A stretch of DNA of 64,000 nucleotides from NCBI GenBank assembly GCA_964355175.1, contig CAYHBZ010000002.1:28426-92425 (forward strand), written 5' to 3'. Shown here in pieces: positions 9,155 to 19,322 of this stretch. The DNA is from an uncultured Gammaproteobacteria bacterium (GTDB taxonomy: Bacteria > Patescibacteriota > Patescibacteriia > Magasanikbacterales > GWA2-37-8). The notes below the pieces were generated by a model. It worked only from the letters and a program-made list of their open reading frames with translations, searched no databases and had not been told where the DNA came from. The position numbers and the translations under genes are program-made. How positions within the stretch are numbered: the first letter of the stretch is position 1; the number at the start of each line of letters is the position of its first letter.

Positions 9155-9674
9155 ATTTGGTAATTAAAAACTCCACACAAGGAGTCTGTAAATATTATAC
9201 TCCTCTGTTTGGAGTATAGTCAAGTAAATTTTGAGAAAAAAATAAGGGCCTAGTAGCCCGATAAAAATAATTTTAAGGCTCTGGCCCTTGAAATGCCGTA
9301 AAGCGAGATGGGATCATCTTGCGATGAAGCCGTCAATCACTGATACAGCGAATTCCCCGACCGCTTGAAGGTATTACCTCGGGCGGCAATAAGGCACAAA
9401 AGGCCAGATCGACGCAAAGATGAGGTTACCGGACAAGAAGAACGGATTCACCACTGCTTTTATTATGTATATTAGCGGTTGTGAATCTACTTCTCAGACT
9501 AAGCAGAACGTGGGTTTGCGTCCACTAGTAAGTGGACAAACGTAAATTGTTGTAAAGAACAACAAATATAGTATAACATACTTTTACACTTTTGTCAATA
9601 GTTGACAGTTTTAGGCACTTTTTGGCTAAAACTAAACAAAAAATGGTTTAAAATAGGCTATTTTTATCAAAATA

Positions 9675-9698
9675 TTTGTATACACTAGTCTATACAAA
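9675..9698. repeat. 24-bp near-palindrome TTTGTATACACTAGTCTATACAAA (copy 1)
   Basis: Exact reverse complement of the copy at 9799-9822. Same orientation as the copy at 47746-47769. Confidence 0.8.
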
Positions 9699-9798
9699 TA
9701 AAATTTATCTTAAGTTAGCTAAAATAATGACCGGTTGGTAATGAATTTATTGATAGTTGTACACAGTAGTGTGCACTTTCCCACATAGTTATCCACAA

Positions 9799-9822
9799 TT
9801 TGTATAGACTAGTGTATACAAA
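9799..9822. repeat. 24-bp near-palindrome TTTGTATAGACTAGTGTATACAAA (copy 2, inverted relative to copy 1)
   Basis: Seen directly: lies 124 bp from copy 1 and is its exact reverse complement. Confidence 0.8.
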
Positions 9823-9923
9823 CATAAAATTCACATAGAACAAATAAAAAAATCCCTCGACTTGGTCGAAGGATTTTAGTTTGTTTTGAATATTCCTTGT
9901 TTACGCTTAGAATGACAAGTCTT

Positions 9924-11999
9924 TTATTTTTGTTTACCAGTAATAATATTTTGAGCTACATTACCTGGTACATCAGCGTAGTGGCTAAATTCCATAGAGG
10001 AACTAGCACGACCCTGAGACATGGAGCGAAGAGATGTGACATAGCCAAACATACTGGCCAAAGGAACAATAGCTTTTACTACCTTCATTTGACTACGGTC
10101 AGTCATTTCTTGGATCTGACCACGTTTGGAATTCAAATCACCAATACAGTCACCCATGAACTGTTCTGGGGTAACTACTTCAATTTTCATGATAGGTTCC
10201 ATGATCACTGGGTTGGCTTTTTTACAAGCCGCCTGGAAAGCCATCGAGCCGGCCATTTTGAAAGACATTTCTGAGGAATCCACTTCGTGGTAGGAGCCGT
10301 CAGTCACAGTGACTTTGATATCTACTACTGGATATCCAGCCTGGATACCGCGAGTGAGAGATTCTTTGACACCTTTTTCAATTGCAGGAATAAATTCACG
10401 AGGAATTACACCACCGCGAACTTCATCCACAAATTCAAAACCTTTGCCTGGTTCTTGTGGTTCGACAGTCAAATAACAATGACCGTATTGACCCTTACCA
10501 CCAGACTGTTTTACATATTTGCCTTCAGCTTCAGCTTTGGTACGAATAGTTTCTTTGTAAGCTACTTGAGGAGCACCTACATTGGCTTCTACCTTGAATT
10601 CGCGTTTCATGCGATCCACGATAATATCCAAGTGCAACTCACCCATACCGGAGATGATAGTCTGCAAAGTTTCTTCATCAGTCTTGATGCGGAAAGTTGG
10701 ATCTTCTTCAGCGAGCTTCTGCATAGCCATACCAATTTTTTCTTGGTCAGCTTTGGTTTTAGGCTCGATAGCCACAGAGATAACTGGTTCTGGGAAGATA
10801 ATTTTTTCGAGAACAATTGGGTGATCTTCGTCACACAGTGTATCCCCGGTAGTGATATCTTTTAGACCAATAGCGGCCGCAATTTCACCAGAGTATACAT
10901 CAGTTACATCTTCACGGTGGTTGGCGTGCATACGCACGATACGACCGAGACGGCTGCGTTCACCAGTGGTGGAATTGTATAGGTAGCTACCAGCGGAAAC
11001 ATGACCGGAGTATACGCGGAAGAAAACTAATTTACCTACAAATGGATCAGTCATGATTTTGAAAGCCAAAGCAGAGAAAGGTTCTTCATCGGTAGCGTGG
11101 CGAATTTCTTCAGCATCAGTGTCTGGGTTGGTACCTTTGATATCAGCCAAATCAGTAGGAGCTGGCAAATAGCGAATAACCGCGTCCAACATGAATTGAA
11201 CACCAACATTGGCTAAAGCGGATCCACAGATTACTGGGTAGATAGCATTTTTGAGTACCATGCTACGAATCGCTTTATAAATTTCATCAGTAGTGAAAGC
11301 TTCGTTATTGAGAAATTTAGCCATCATGTCATCGTTGGCTTCAGCTACTTTTTCCACCAAGATAGCGCGATGTTTTTCGACATCACCTTTCATATCTTCT
11401 GGAATTGGTACTTCAATAATATTTTCACCACTCTTACCTTCAAAGTGATAAGCTTTTTGTTCGATCAAATCTACCAAGCCAGCAAAAGTAGAATCAGCAC
11501 CAATAGGTAATTGAATTGCTACAGCGTGTTTGGACAAGCGTTCTTGGATAGAAGCCAAGCTCATGAAAAAATCTGCGCCAAGTTTATCCATTTTATTTAC
11601 AAATGGTACACGAGGTACGTTATATTTATCAGCTTGGTGCCAAACAGTTTCGGACTGTGGCTCTACACCCTGAGATCCATCAAATACGGCGACCGCACCA
11701 TCAAGTACGCGCAAAGAGCGCTCTACTTCTACAGTAAAGTCTACGTGTCCAGGAGTATCAATAATATTAATGCGATGATCTTTCCAGAAACAAGTGGTAG
11801 CGGCGGAAGTAATAGTAATACCACGTTCTTTTTCTTGTTCCATCCAGTCCATTTCGGCAGCACCTTCGTGCACTTCACCGATTTTGTGTTTTTTTCCGGT
11901 ATAGAATAATACGCGTTCGGTAGTAGTTGTTTTACCGGCGTCAATATGAGCTGCAATGCCGATGTTACGTGTTTTGTCTAGTGAAAATTCACGAGGCAT
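9924..11999 (-). CDS. fusA: translation elongation factor G
   Basis: [13 protein letters not shown]1 motif, [12 protein letters not shown]. 691 aa. Immediately downstream of rpsG. Confidence 0.95.
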   Translation of the reverse strand: MPREFSLDKTRNIGIAAHIDAGKTTTTERVLFYTGKKHKIGEVHEGAAEMDWMEQEKERGITITSAATTCFWKDHRINIIDTPGHVDFTVEVERSLRVLDGAVAVFDGSQGVEPQSETVWHQADKYNVPRVPFVNKMDKLGADFFMSLASIQERLSKHAVAIQLPIGADSTFAGLVDLIEQKAYHFEGKSGENIIEVPIPEDMKGDVEKHRAILVEKVAEANDDMMAKFLNNEAFTTDEIYKAIRSMVLKNAIYPVICGSALANVGVQFMLDAVIRYLPAPTDLADIKGTNPDTDAEEIRHATDEEPFSALAFKIMTDPFVGKLVFFRVYSGHVSAGSYLYNSTTGERSRLGRIVRMHANHREDVTDVYSGEIAAAIGLKDITTGDTLCDEDHPIVLEKIIFPEPVISVAIEPKTKADQEKIGMAMQKLAEEDPTFRIKTDEETLQTIISGMGELHLDIIVDRMKREFKVEANVGAPQVAYKETIRTKAEAEGKYVKQSGGKGQYGHCYLTVEPQEPGKGFEFVDEVRGGVIPREFIPAIEKGVKESLTRGIQAGYPVVDIKVTVTDGSYHEVDSSEMSFKMAGSMAFQAACKKANPVIMEPIMKIEVVTPEQFMGDCIGDLNSKRGQIQEMTDRSQMKVVKAIVPLASMFGYVTSLRSMSQGRASSSMEFSHYADVPGNVAQNIITGKQK

Positions 12000-12025
12000 A
12001 GATTTTTAAATTTAATTTTTTATAA

Positions 12026-12502
12026 TTATTTTGCAAATCTAGCAAAATGGGCAAAAGCTTTATTAGCTTCAGCCATTCTGTGCACATCGTCACGTTTCTT
12101 TACAGCATCACCAGTGTTGTTGTGGGCGTCGGTCAAAACAGTAGCCAATTTTAAATGCATTGGCTGACCTTTTTTAGCGCGAGCGGCGCCGATGATCCAG
12201 CGGAAAGCCAAAGCGTTCTGACGTTCACCGCGTACTGGCAAAGGTACCTGATAGTTGGCACCACCAACACGACGGGAGCGTACTTCCACCTGAGGGCGGA
12301 TAAGGTTGATTGCTTCTTCAAAAACTTTCATCGCATCTTTTTTTGTATCAGCTACGATTTTGTCCATCGCTTTGTAGAAAATACCTTGAGCAGTGGTTTT
12401 TTTACCACCTTCCATCAAAAAGTTGATGAATTTAGCGGCCAAGACGCTGCCATATTTCGGGTCAGCGCTGATAACACGTTGTTTTGATTGTTTACCTCTC
12501 AT
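12026..12502 (-). CDS. rpsG: 30S ribosomal protein S7
   Basis: Sequence typical of uS7. Sits in the str operon between rpsL and fusA. Confidence 0.95.
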   Translation of the reverse strand: MRGKQSKQRVISADPKYGSVLAAKFINFLMEGGKKTTAQGIFYKAMDKIVADTKKDAMKVFEEAINLIRPQVEVRSRRVGGANYQVPLPVRGERQNALAFRWIIGAARAKKGQPMHLKLATVLTDAHNNTGDAVKKRDDVHRMAEANKAFAHFARFAK

Positions 12503-12520
12503 AAGATTCAGTCATTAAAA

Positions 12521-12949
12521 TTATTTCTTGGCAGCTTTAGGACGCTTGGTACCATACAAACTGCGACCGCGACGGCGTTTTTCGATACCCTGAGTATCAT
12601 AAACACCACGCACAATGTGGTAACGAACACCAGGAAGATCTTTTACACGACCACCACGAATCAAAACGATTGAGTGTTCCTGCAAGTTGTGACCTTCACC
12701 TGGAATATAGGCAATAACTTCCATACCGTTGGAAAGGCGAATTTTCGCTACTTTACGCAACGCGGAGTTTGGTTTTTTAGGAGTAGTGGTATAAACCTTG
12801 GTACAAACGCCACGTTTAAAGGCGCAACCTTTGGCAAATACGGTTTTGCGGCGGTGCAAGTTATCAATTGTAAACTGCAATGCCGGCACTTTGGTTTTGC
12901 GTACTTTGTCAGTACGGCTTTTGCGAATCAGTTGATTTACTGTAGGCAT
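12521..12949 (-). CDS. rpsL: 30S ribosomal protein S12
   Basis: [12 protein letters not shown]...[11 protein letters not shown] signature of uS12. Confidence 0.95.
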   Translation of the reverse strand: MPTVNQLIRKSRTDKVRKTKVPALQFTIDNLHRRKTVFAKGCAFKRGVCTKVYTTTPKKPNSALRKVAKIRLSNGMEVIAYIPGEGHNLQEHSIVLIRGGRVKDLPGVRYHIVRGVYDTQGIEKRRRGRSLYGTKRPKAAKK

Positions 12950-13132
12950 AGTGTGAGTTAATTTGGCTAATCCTAGCGGATTTTGCCGATTTTTTTAATA
13001 ACAAAAAACTGACCATATATAATCAGCCACGATTTTTCTGGTCCGCCCAAGATCAAAATATCAGATAAATACTGTGATTTTTGGACTAGTTCTGACCAAA
13101 TAATACTATATATATAAGGCTTTGTCAAGAGT

Positions 13133-15151
13133 TTAAAGATCGTCGACACTTCTCAGAAAGCTGCCTGGCTTGATTTTTATGGGCCGGTCATCGTCTTCGG
13201 AGATGTATTGGATCTCGTCGTCATTAAAAATTGAGCTGCCGGAGCGTAATATTGAGTGATCATCGAGTAAATCCTGACTAATTTCGGAGAGGAAAATGCT
13301 TGGTCCGGCACCAGAGCCCCAACTATCGGCCTGCATCGGGAAAGTGAGATAGAGATTTTCTTTAGCGCGGGTAACAGCAACATAAAATAGGCGGCGTTCT
13401 TCTTCCAGACCATTTTCTTCGCGTAGGGCACGCGCGTTTGGAAATCCTTCGTTGACTAAATTTATAATAAAAACATTTTTCCATTCCAAACCCTTGGCCT
13501 GATGAATCGTCGACAAAACAATTCTACCTTCTTTTAATTTTTGTTGGTCGGTAGGGTGAGCAAAAGATTCTTGGAGTGAAGCCTCAGCCAAAAAGTCGGA
13601 AAGGTCTTTTTGTTTTTTGGAAATTTCTGCTAATTGTTTTAAATCTTTTTTTCGATCATCGCTGTCCAGAAATTCTGCGTCCAAATAGTCGGTATACGAT
13701 GACTCTAGTAGGGCAGAAATTAATTCACCGGTATTATTGTCTGGCTCAGCCGATCTTTGTAAAAGTTTTTCAAATATTTTGAAAAAATTATTCCAACCGG
13801 TCCAGGCTTTGCCAGTAAGATTGTCGCCAATATTTTTTAGTTGATCAATATTTTCTAATTTTTGTACTTGAGAAATTATTTTTTGCGCGGCCGCCGGACC
13901 AATACCTTCTTCGTGTTGTAATATTCGCATCCAGGCGGCAGTGTCGGCGAGGTTATTAAAGATTCTGAGATAACTTAAAATATCTTTCACATGAGCGCGT
14001 TCAAAAAAGCGTAGACCGCCGCGATAATCATAGAGAATTCCGGCGCGAGCCAAAGCGATTTCCAACGCCTGAGAATGATGGGTGGCTCTGAATAAAATAG
14101 CGATTTGATTGGGGTTTATGCCCATATCTAGTGCCTCCACAATCTTTTTTACAATAAAATTTGCTTCAGATTCTTGGTCAATCTGCGGGTGTAAAGCGGG
14201 TTTTGGCAAACCGCTCTTTAAGGCGCGTAATTTTTTGGCGTATTGTTTTGAATTGTTGCTAATAATATTATTAGCCAGATTTAGAATTTCTTCACTGGAG
14301 CGATAATTGGTTTCCAGGCGAAATATTTTTGCGTCCGGATATTTTTCTTCGAAGTTTAAAATATTACGAATATCGGCCGCGCGAAAAGAGTAAATACTCT
14401 GAGCGTCATCTCCTACCACTAAAATATTTTTGTGAACGGTTGCTAGTTTATCTATTATAGCCGCCTGAATTTTGTTGGTATCCTGGTATTCATCAACCAA
14501 TATATATTGAAATTGAGTGGCAAAATAATGTTGAACAGCCGGTAGATTAAATAAAGCGGAAAGATTTACCAATAGGTCGTCAAAATCCATCGCGTTGGCT
14601 TCTTTTTTCTTGAGAGCGTAGCGGCTAGCAATATCGGCAAAAGTGTCGGACAGTGGCCAGTAGCCAGGATATTTTTTATCAATAACTTCGCCAACCGTTT
14701 GGTCGGCATTGCGAGCATAGGAAATAATATTGCCGATAATTTTGGCGGAAGGAAATTTTTCACCGGTTTTAAATTCTTTTACGACCAGCTTTAAAAGCGC
14801 CTGGGCATCGTCGGCATCGAGTACGGTAAAATTATTTTTATATCCCAGGTGAGCGGCGTATTTACGTAAAATCTTATTGCCAATGTGGTGAAATGTGCCG
14901 GACCAAGGCAAACGGCTTTCCAGGCCGGTAATTTTTTGCACACGCTCAATCATTTCATTGGCCGCTTTGTTGGTAAAAGTAACCAGTAAAATATTTTCTG
15001 GATTAAGGCCTCTTTCTAAGAGATAGGCGACACGGTAGGTGATGGTGCGAGTCTTGCCAGATCCGGCGCCAGCCAACACCAAACAAGAACCGTCGCCATT
15101 TTGGACGACATCCAGCTGTTCTTTGTTTAATTCTTGTTCAAAATTTATCAT
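13133..15151 (-). CDS. UvrD/PcrA-type ATP-dependent DNA helicase
   Basis: Walker A AGAGSGKTRTITYRVAYLL. Helicase motifs DEYQDTN, LETNYRS and VTRAK. Confidence 0.85.
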   Translation of the reverse strand: MINFEQELNKEQLDVVQNGDGSCLVLAGAGSGKTRTITYRVAYLLERGLNPENILLVTFTNKAANEMIERVQKITGLESRLPWSGTFHHIGNKILRKYAAHLGYKNNFTVLDADDAQALLKLVVKEFKTGEKFPSAKIIGNIISYARNADQTVGEVIDKKYPGYWPLSDTFADIASRYALKKKEANAMDFDDLLVNLSALFNLPAVQHYFATQFQYILVDEYQDTNKIQAAIIDKLATVHKNILVVGDDAQSIYSFRAADIRNILNFEEKYPDAKIFRLETNYRSSEEILNLANNIISNNSKQYAKKLRALKSGLPKPALHPQIDQESEANFIVKKIVEALDMGINPNQIAILFRATHHSQALEIALARAGILYDYRGGLRFFERAHVKDILSYLRIFNNLADTAAWMRILQHEEGIGPAAAQKIISQVQKLENIDQLKNIGDNLTGKAWTGWNNFFKIFEKLLQRSAEPDNNTGELISALLESSYTDYLDAEFLDSDDRKKDLKQLAEISKKQKDLSDFLAEASLQESFAHPTDQQKLKEGRIVLSTIHQAKGLEWKNVFIINLVNEGFPNARALREENGLEEERRLFYVAVTRAKENLYLTFPMQADSWGSGAGPSIFLSEISQDLLDDHSILRSGSSIFNDDEIQYISEDDDRPIKIKPGSFLRSVDDL

Positions 15152-15222
15152 ATGAGTTTACATTTTAACACACCTTGATTTTTTGAGCAAAATAGCGTAA
15201 AGTTGGCATAAATATAATACTT

Positions 15223-16380
15223 ATGTCATTTTTTGAACTTATTCACGAAGACAAAAATACCGGTGCGCGCGTTGGTATCATGCATACCGATCACGGTGAT
15301 ATTCCTACGCCAGTTTTTATGCCGGTTGGCACCCAGGCTTCGGTCAAGACATTGGATCAGACTGATCTACTTACTTTGGATCCAAAAATTATTTTGGGCA
15401 ATAATTACCATTTACATTTGCGCCCGGGCGAAGATTTGATTGTTAGCGCTGGTGGACTTCATAAATTTATGAATTGGGACAGGCCGATCTTGACTGATTC
15501 CGGTGGTTTTCAGGTATTTTCACTTGGTATCCAAAAAGAACAAAAAGGCCAACAAGGAAAATTGGTAAAAATTGATGAGAACGGTGTGAAATTCCGTTCA
15601 CATATTGATGGCTCTGAACATCGCTTCACTCCGGAATCAGCGATTGAATGCCAGCACAAAATTGGCGCGGATATTATCATGGCTTTTGATGAGTGCACTC
15701 CGGATAATGCCGACTACATATATACCAAAGCCGCGATGGAGCGTACTCATCGTTGGGCAGAGCGCTGTGTGACAGAACATAAAAAAAATACTTCTTATCA
15801 TGGTTATCACCAATTCTTATTTGGTATTATTCAAGGCGCCAATCATGAAGAGTTGCGTCAAGAGTCCGCGAAATTTATCACTGGTTTGGATTTTGATGGT
15901 ATTGCGATTGGTGGTGAGAGTATTGGTTATAATATGGAAGCCACGGAAAATATTTTGCGTTGGGTAATGCCTTTTATACCAAAAGATAAACCGCGCTATA
16001 CTATGGGTGTGGGGCTGGATCCAGTGGATTTGCTCAAAGTAGTGGCAGGAGGAGCTGATATGTTTGATTGTGTGGCGCCGACTAGATTGGCGCGTCATGG
16101 CATGCTCTTTGTAAATACGGTGGAGGATCCAAGACGCCGTTTGAATATTACTAATGCCTCTTTTGTCAAAGATTTTTTTCCAATTAGCGCCGACTGTACT
16201 TGTCTAACTTGTAAAAATTATTCTCGTGCTTATTTGCACCACCTATTTAACGCCCAGGAACTATCGGCAATGCGTTTGGCGACCATTCATAACATTCATT
16301 TCATGCTTGATTTGATGCGAAAAGCGCGTGAAGCTATATTGGAAGATAGATATAAGGAATTTATGACTATTTGGGAATAA
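15223..16380 (+). CDS. tgt: queuine tRNA-ribosyltransferase
   Basis: LTDSGGFQVFSL catalytic motif. CxCxxC...H zinc site (CTCLTCKNYSRAYLHHL). Confidence 0.9.
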   Translation: MSFFELIHEDKNTGARVGIMHTDHGDIPTPVFMPVGTQASVKTLDQTDLLTLDPKIILGNNYHLHLRPGEDLIVSAGGLHKFMNWDRPILTDSGGFQVFSLGIQKEQKGQQGKLVKIDENGVKFRSHIDGSEHRFTPESAIECQHKIGADIIMAFDECTPDNADYIYTKAAMERTHRWAERCVTEHKKNTSYHGYHQFLFGIIQGANHEELRQESAKFITGLDFDGIAIGGESIGYNMEATENILRWVMPFIPKDKPRYTMGVGLDPVDLLKVVAGGADMFDCVAPTRLARHGMLFVNTVEDPRRRLNITNASFVKDFFPISADCTCLTCKNYSRAYLHHLFNAQELSAMRLATIHNIHFMLDLMRKAREAILEDRYKEFMTIWE

Positions 16381-16422
16381 AAAACAATCCATATTAATGA
16401 ATTGTTTCGAGGTTTGTGTAAA

Positions 16423-16785
16423 TTAGTGAATTGTGGTGTATATGCCAAAAATGTTCATTTCTCCTCGGTAATTAGGGTTCTCATCTTTGCCAGCACAATG
16501 AATGGCCCAATATTCTTCCTCGGTGATCATCTCTCGATCAAACAAATCTTTCACACTTCCGCCGGGTACATTGCTTTTGTCACTAATGTAGAATTTTTGA
16601 AATCTATAGTTATTCCAGTCAACTATTACCGCATTGCCTCCTGGATTATCTAAAAATTTTACCATATCTTGCACAGGACCAACTTGTGCCCAGTGTCCAT
16701 CAATTTGAACGATGTCTAGTAAACGTGGTTTCGGCACTTCTTGCTTTATTTCTGGCAGCCTACCGCCACCTTCTCTGTCTGACAT
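16423..16785 (-). CDS. hypothetical protein
   Basis: Clean 120-aa ORF with no recognisable motif. Confidence 0.35.
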   Translation of the reverse strand: MSDREGGGRLPEIKQEVPKPRLLDIVQIDGHWAQVGPVQDMVKFLDNPGGNAVIVDWNNYRFQKFYISDKSNVPGGSVKDLFDREMITEEEYWAIHCAGKDENPNYRGEMNIFGIYTTIH

Positions 16786-16851
16786 ATATTTTTTATAATA
16801 AAAATTTATTAAACTAATTATATTATACCAAGCTTATTTGGTCAATAAAAT

Positions 16852-17331
16852 ATGCTAAATATAAAAGTTATTTGTCTAGGAAAACTCAAAGAAAAGTATT
16901 GGCAGGCGGCTGAGGTCGAGTATCTAAAACGTTTGTCATCTTTTGTTAAGATAGAAGTAGTAGAGCTAAAAGAAGAATCTTTTGACAACAAAATTCCGAG
17001 TGCTTTGATAAAAGAAAAGGAAGCGCAGTTATTAAAAAACGCCTTGAATAAATTTCAAGACGCTTTTTTGGTGGTGCTCGATGAACACGGTAAGCAATTT
17101 TCTTCGGTGGAGTTTTCTAAAAAAATATCTGATTTAGCTTTGCAAGGAAATAGCCAATTAGTTTTTGTAATTGGTGGACCTTTGGGATTGGATGATTCTA
17201 TTTTAAAGATGGCCAAATTAAAATTATCTTTTTCTTCTTTTACTTTTACTCATCAAATGATCAGAGTATTCTTGTTGGAACAAATTTATAGGGCAATGAT
17301 GATTGAGGGTGGAAGGCAGTACCATTATTAG
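16852..17331 (+). CDS. rlmH: 23S rRNA (pseudouridine1915-N3)-methyltransferase, SPOUT family
   Basis: N-terminus and glycine-rich SAM loop (VFVIGGPLG) are typical of RlmH/YbeA. 159 aa. Confidence 0.8.
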   Translation: MLNIKVICLGKLKEKYWQAAEVEYLKRLSSFVKIEVVELKEESFDNKIPSALIKEKEAQLLKNALNKFQDAFLVVLDEHGKQFSSVEFSKKISDLALQGNSQLVFVIGGPLGLDDSILKMAKLKLSFSSFTFTHQMIRVFLLEQIYRAMMIEGGRQYHY

Positions 17332-17708
17332 TTTATATCATCCGTTGGTTCAGCAATAATTGTTTTTCCTTCAAAATCTTCTTTGCTTATTTCTCCTAAG
17401 AAAACTGGTTTTTTTGGCAATTCCGGTGCCGCGAAGTCGCTGTTGATTCCGATCGTCAAAATCTGCTTTAGGGCGTTGCTATCCGGACAGGTAATATCAT
17501 TGGTAATCTCTGGAAGGAATTGTTCGATTATTTGTTTGGGGGTTTGGTAAGGATTTTCTTCCCAGCGCTTTTTAAATTGTTTTTGTAATTCTTCCTTGGA
17601 AGATGCCTGTAGGCCAAAGAAATCATCAGGTATCTGATCCAAAAAACCATTAAATTTTCTAATGCCCCCCCTCATTATTTCCAAGATTTGTGTTTCTTGT
17701 TCACTCAT
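17328..17708 (-). CDS. hypothetical protein
   Basis: 126-aa ORF. Co-oriented with the upstream hypothetical, 15 bp gap. Confidence 0.35.
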   Translation of the reverse strand: MSEQETQILEIMRGGIRKFNGFLDQIPDDFFGLQASSKEELQKQFKKRWEENPYQTPKQIIEQFLPEITNDITCPDSNALKQILTIGINSDFAAPELPKKPVFLGEISKEDFEGKTIIAEPTDDIN

Positions 17709-17722
17709 AAAATTATTAAAAA

Positions 17723-18259
17723 TTAATTAGGTTTATTTTCTTCCTTCTTGTCTCTATCCGCACGCGCTTCTTCCAAAGCATCTTCGGGTGTTTGTATATA
17801 TTTTGTAAAATTTGCACTTCGGTCTCTGATTAAATTTTCGTTTACTTCTCCTGAAGCCGCTGTGGGTGCTTTTAAATCTTTTGATTTTTTGGATTCGCCG
17901 CCGGATTTTTGAGTACTGCCAGAAAATAAAAATTCTTTGGTTTTAAAATTATCTTTGGCACCGAAAGCTAATTTTAGGCGCAGTGTCGCCAGGCTTTGAA
18001 AGTTTTCATCTCTTTCTTTGTCGCTCATCTGGGATATTAGTATGTTGCAGACCGTGTCCAAGATCCAGTGTTGGTCTTTTGTTGGATCATTGTTATAAAC
18101 TTCAAAGAAAAGGTTTTTAACTCTTTCTTTGGTAAAAAATTTTTTATCAAATAAGCTTTCTTCCATCTCGTCGATAAATTGAGCGAATTGGGCGTAGTTA
18201 AATTGTTCTTTGGCGCTGAGATTCATAAACCCTCTCTCCGGTTCCATTCCTTCACGCAT
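17723..18259 (-). CDS. hypothetical protein
   Basis: 178-aa ORF divergent from trpS. No recognisable motif. Confidence 0.35.
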   Translation of the reverse strand: MREGMEPERGFMNLSAKEQFNYAQFAQFIDEMEESLFDKKFFTKERVKNLFFEVYNNDPTKDQHWILDTVCNILISQMSDKERDENFQSLATLRLKLAFGAKDNFKTKEFLFSGSTQKSGGESKKSKDLKAPTAASGEVNENLIRDRSANFTKYIQTPEDALEEARADRDKKEENKPN

Positions 18260-18320
18260 ATGGTTTACAATTTGTTATAAATTAGCTAAACTATAGGTAG
18301 TTTAGCACTTAATATTTTTT

Positions 18321-19301
18321 ATGTCCAAACCCGTAATTGTGTCCGGTATTCAGCCTACTGGCAATCTCCATATTGGTAATTATTTAGGAGCAGTAAAGAA
18401 TTTTGTCGCTCTGCAAAATAGTGGTAAATATGAGCTTTATATTTTTATTGCCGATCTTCATTCTTTGACCGGTAAAAAGCCGGAGAGAAAATTGCGTGAT
18501 ATGGTGCGTGAAACAGCCGCCGAATTCATTGCCGCCGGTATCGATCCTAAGAAAGTTACATTTTTTGCCCAGTCTGATGTGATTGGACATACTGAATTGG
18601 CTTGGATTTTTAGTTGTGTGACATCGATGGGTGAATTAGAGCATATGACACAGTATAAAGACAAAACCGCTCAATTTCAGCAGGCAACCGCCGGACTATT
18701 TACCTATCCGGTGTTGCAATCAGCGGATATTCTTATATACAAAGGTCAGATAGTGCCAGTAGGCCAAGATCAGGTACAACATGTAGAGCTTACTCGTGAT
18801 GTGGCTCGTTCGTTCAACAATAAGTATGGGGAATTTTTCCCAGAAGCCAAGCATCTTTTGACCCAGGTGCCAAAAGTAATGAGTTTGCTTGAACCAGAAA
18901 AGAAGATGAGTAAAAGTTTGGGTGTTGGGCATGTGGTAGAATTGCGGGAATCTCCAGAAGAGATAGAAAATAAGCTTAAAAAAGCTGTTACTGCCACTAC
19001 CGGAGGTGTGCAAGCACCGGGTGTAGTTAATTTACTTGGATTGCTTAAAGAATTTGGTGATAAGAAAATCTATAATGATTTTGTGGAAGCTGAAAAAGAC
19101 GGCAGTATCCGCTATGGGGATCTAAAAAAAGCGTTGGCTGAGGCAATCGCCAATCATTTTGCCGAGTTTAGGACAAAGCGTGAAAAACTCTTAAAAGATC
19201 CAAAAAAATTGGATAAAATTTTAGCCGGTGGTGCCGCCAAAGCCCAGAAAGTCGCCACTAAAAATATGGTTGAAGTTCGTAAATTGGTAGGTTTAAAATA
19301 A
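18321..19301 (+). CDS. trpS: tryptophan--tRNA ligase
   Basis: Class I HIGH (TGNLHIGN) and KMSKS motifs. Size and sequence typical of TrpRS. Confidence 0.9.
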   Translation: MSKPVIVSGIQPTGNLHIGNYLGAVKNFVALQNSGKYELYIFIADLHSLTGKKPERKLRDMVRETAAEFIAAGIDPKKVTFFAQSDVIGHTELAWIFSCVTSMGELEHMTQYKDKTAQFQQATAGLFTYPVLQSADILIYKGQIVPVGQDQVQHVELTRDVARSFNNKYGEFFPEAKHLLTQVPKVMSLLEPEKKMSKSLGVGHVVELRESPEEIENKLKKAVTATTGGVQAPGVVNLLGLLKEFGDKKIYNDFVEAEKDGSIRYGDLKKALAEAIANHFAEFRTKREKLLKDPKKLDKILAGGAAKAQKVATKNMVEVRKLVGLK

Positions 19302-19322
19302 TTTATTTTTAATTTAAAATAT

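Noticed and set aside
6676-9292. Shared 14-mer AAGGCTCTGGCCCT between the 6S-like element and the GC-rich block downstream of fusA
   Set aside because: A single 14-mer match within 64 kb is near chance expectation. No extended similarity surrounds it, so the two elements are not treated as related.
9240-9560. Attempt to call RNase P RNA, tmRNA or SRP RNA in the GC-rich block downstream of fusA
   Set aside because: I could not find the P4 strands (GGAAAGUCCGG / ACAGAAUCCGGCUUA), a tmRNA tag ORF ending in ...AA-stop with a tRNA-like 3' end, or the SRP domain-IV GNRA motif on either strand. It is left as an unassigned structured region, and a covariance-model scan is needed.
9897-11956. Several 70-190 aa ORFs on the plus strand inside fusA (e.g. 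9897-10274, 10287-10865, 11511-11909), and similar antisense ORFs inside rpsG, rpsL, uvrD, the PBP gene, cusA, nirK and the multicopper oxidase gene
   Set aside because: They lie entirely antisense to, or overlap, strongly supported conserved genes. They have low-complexity translations and no motifs, so they are treated as spurious.
16423-16785. Considered YbiA/DUF1768-like N-glycosidase for the 120-aa ORF next to tgt
   Set aside because: The expected conserved residues could not be matched by eye, so it is left as hypothetical.
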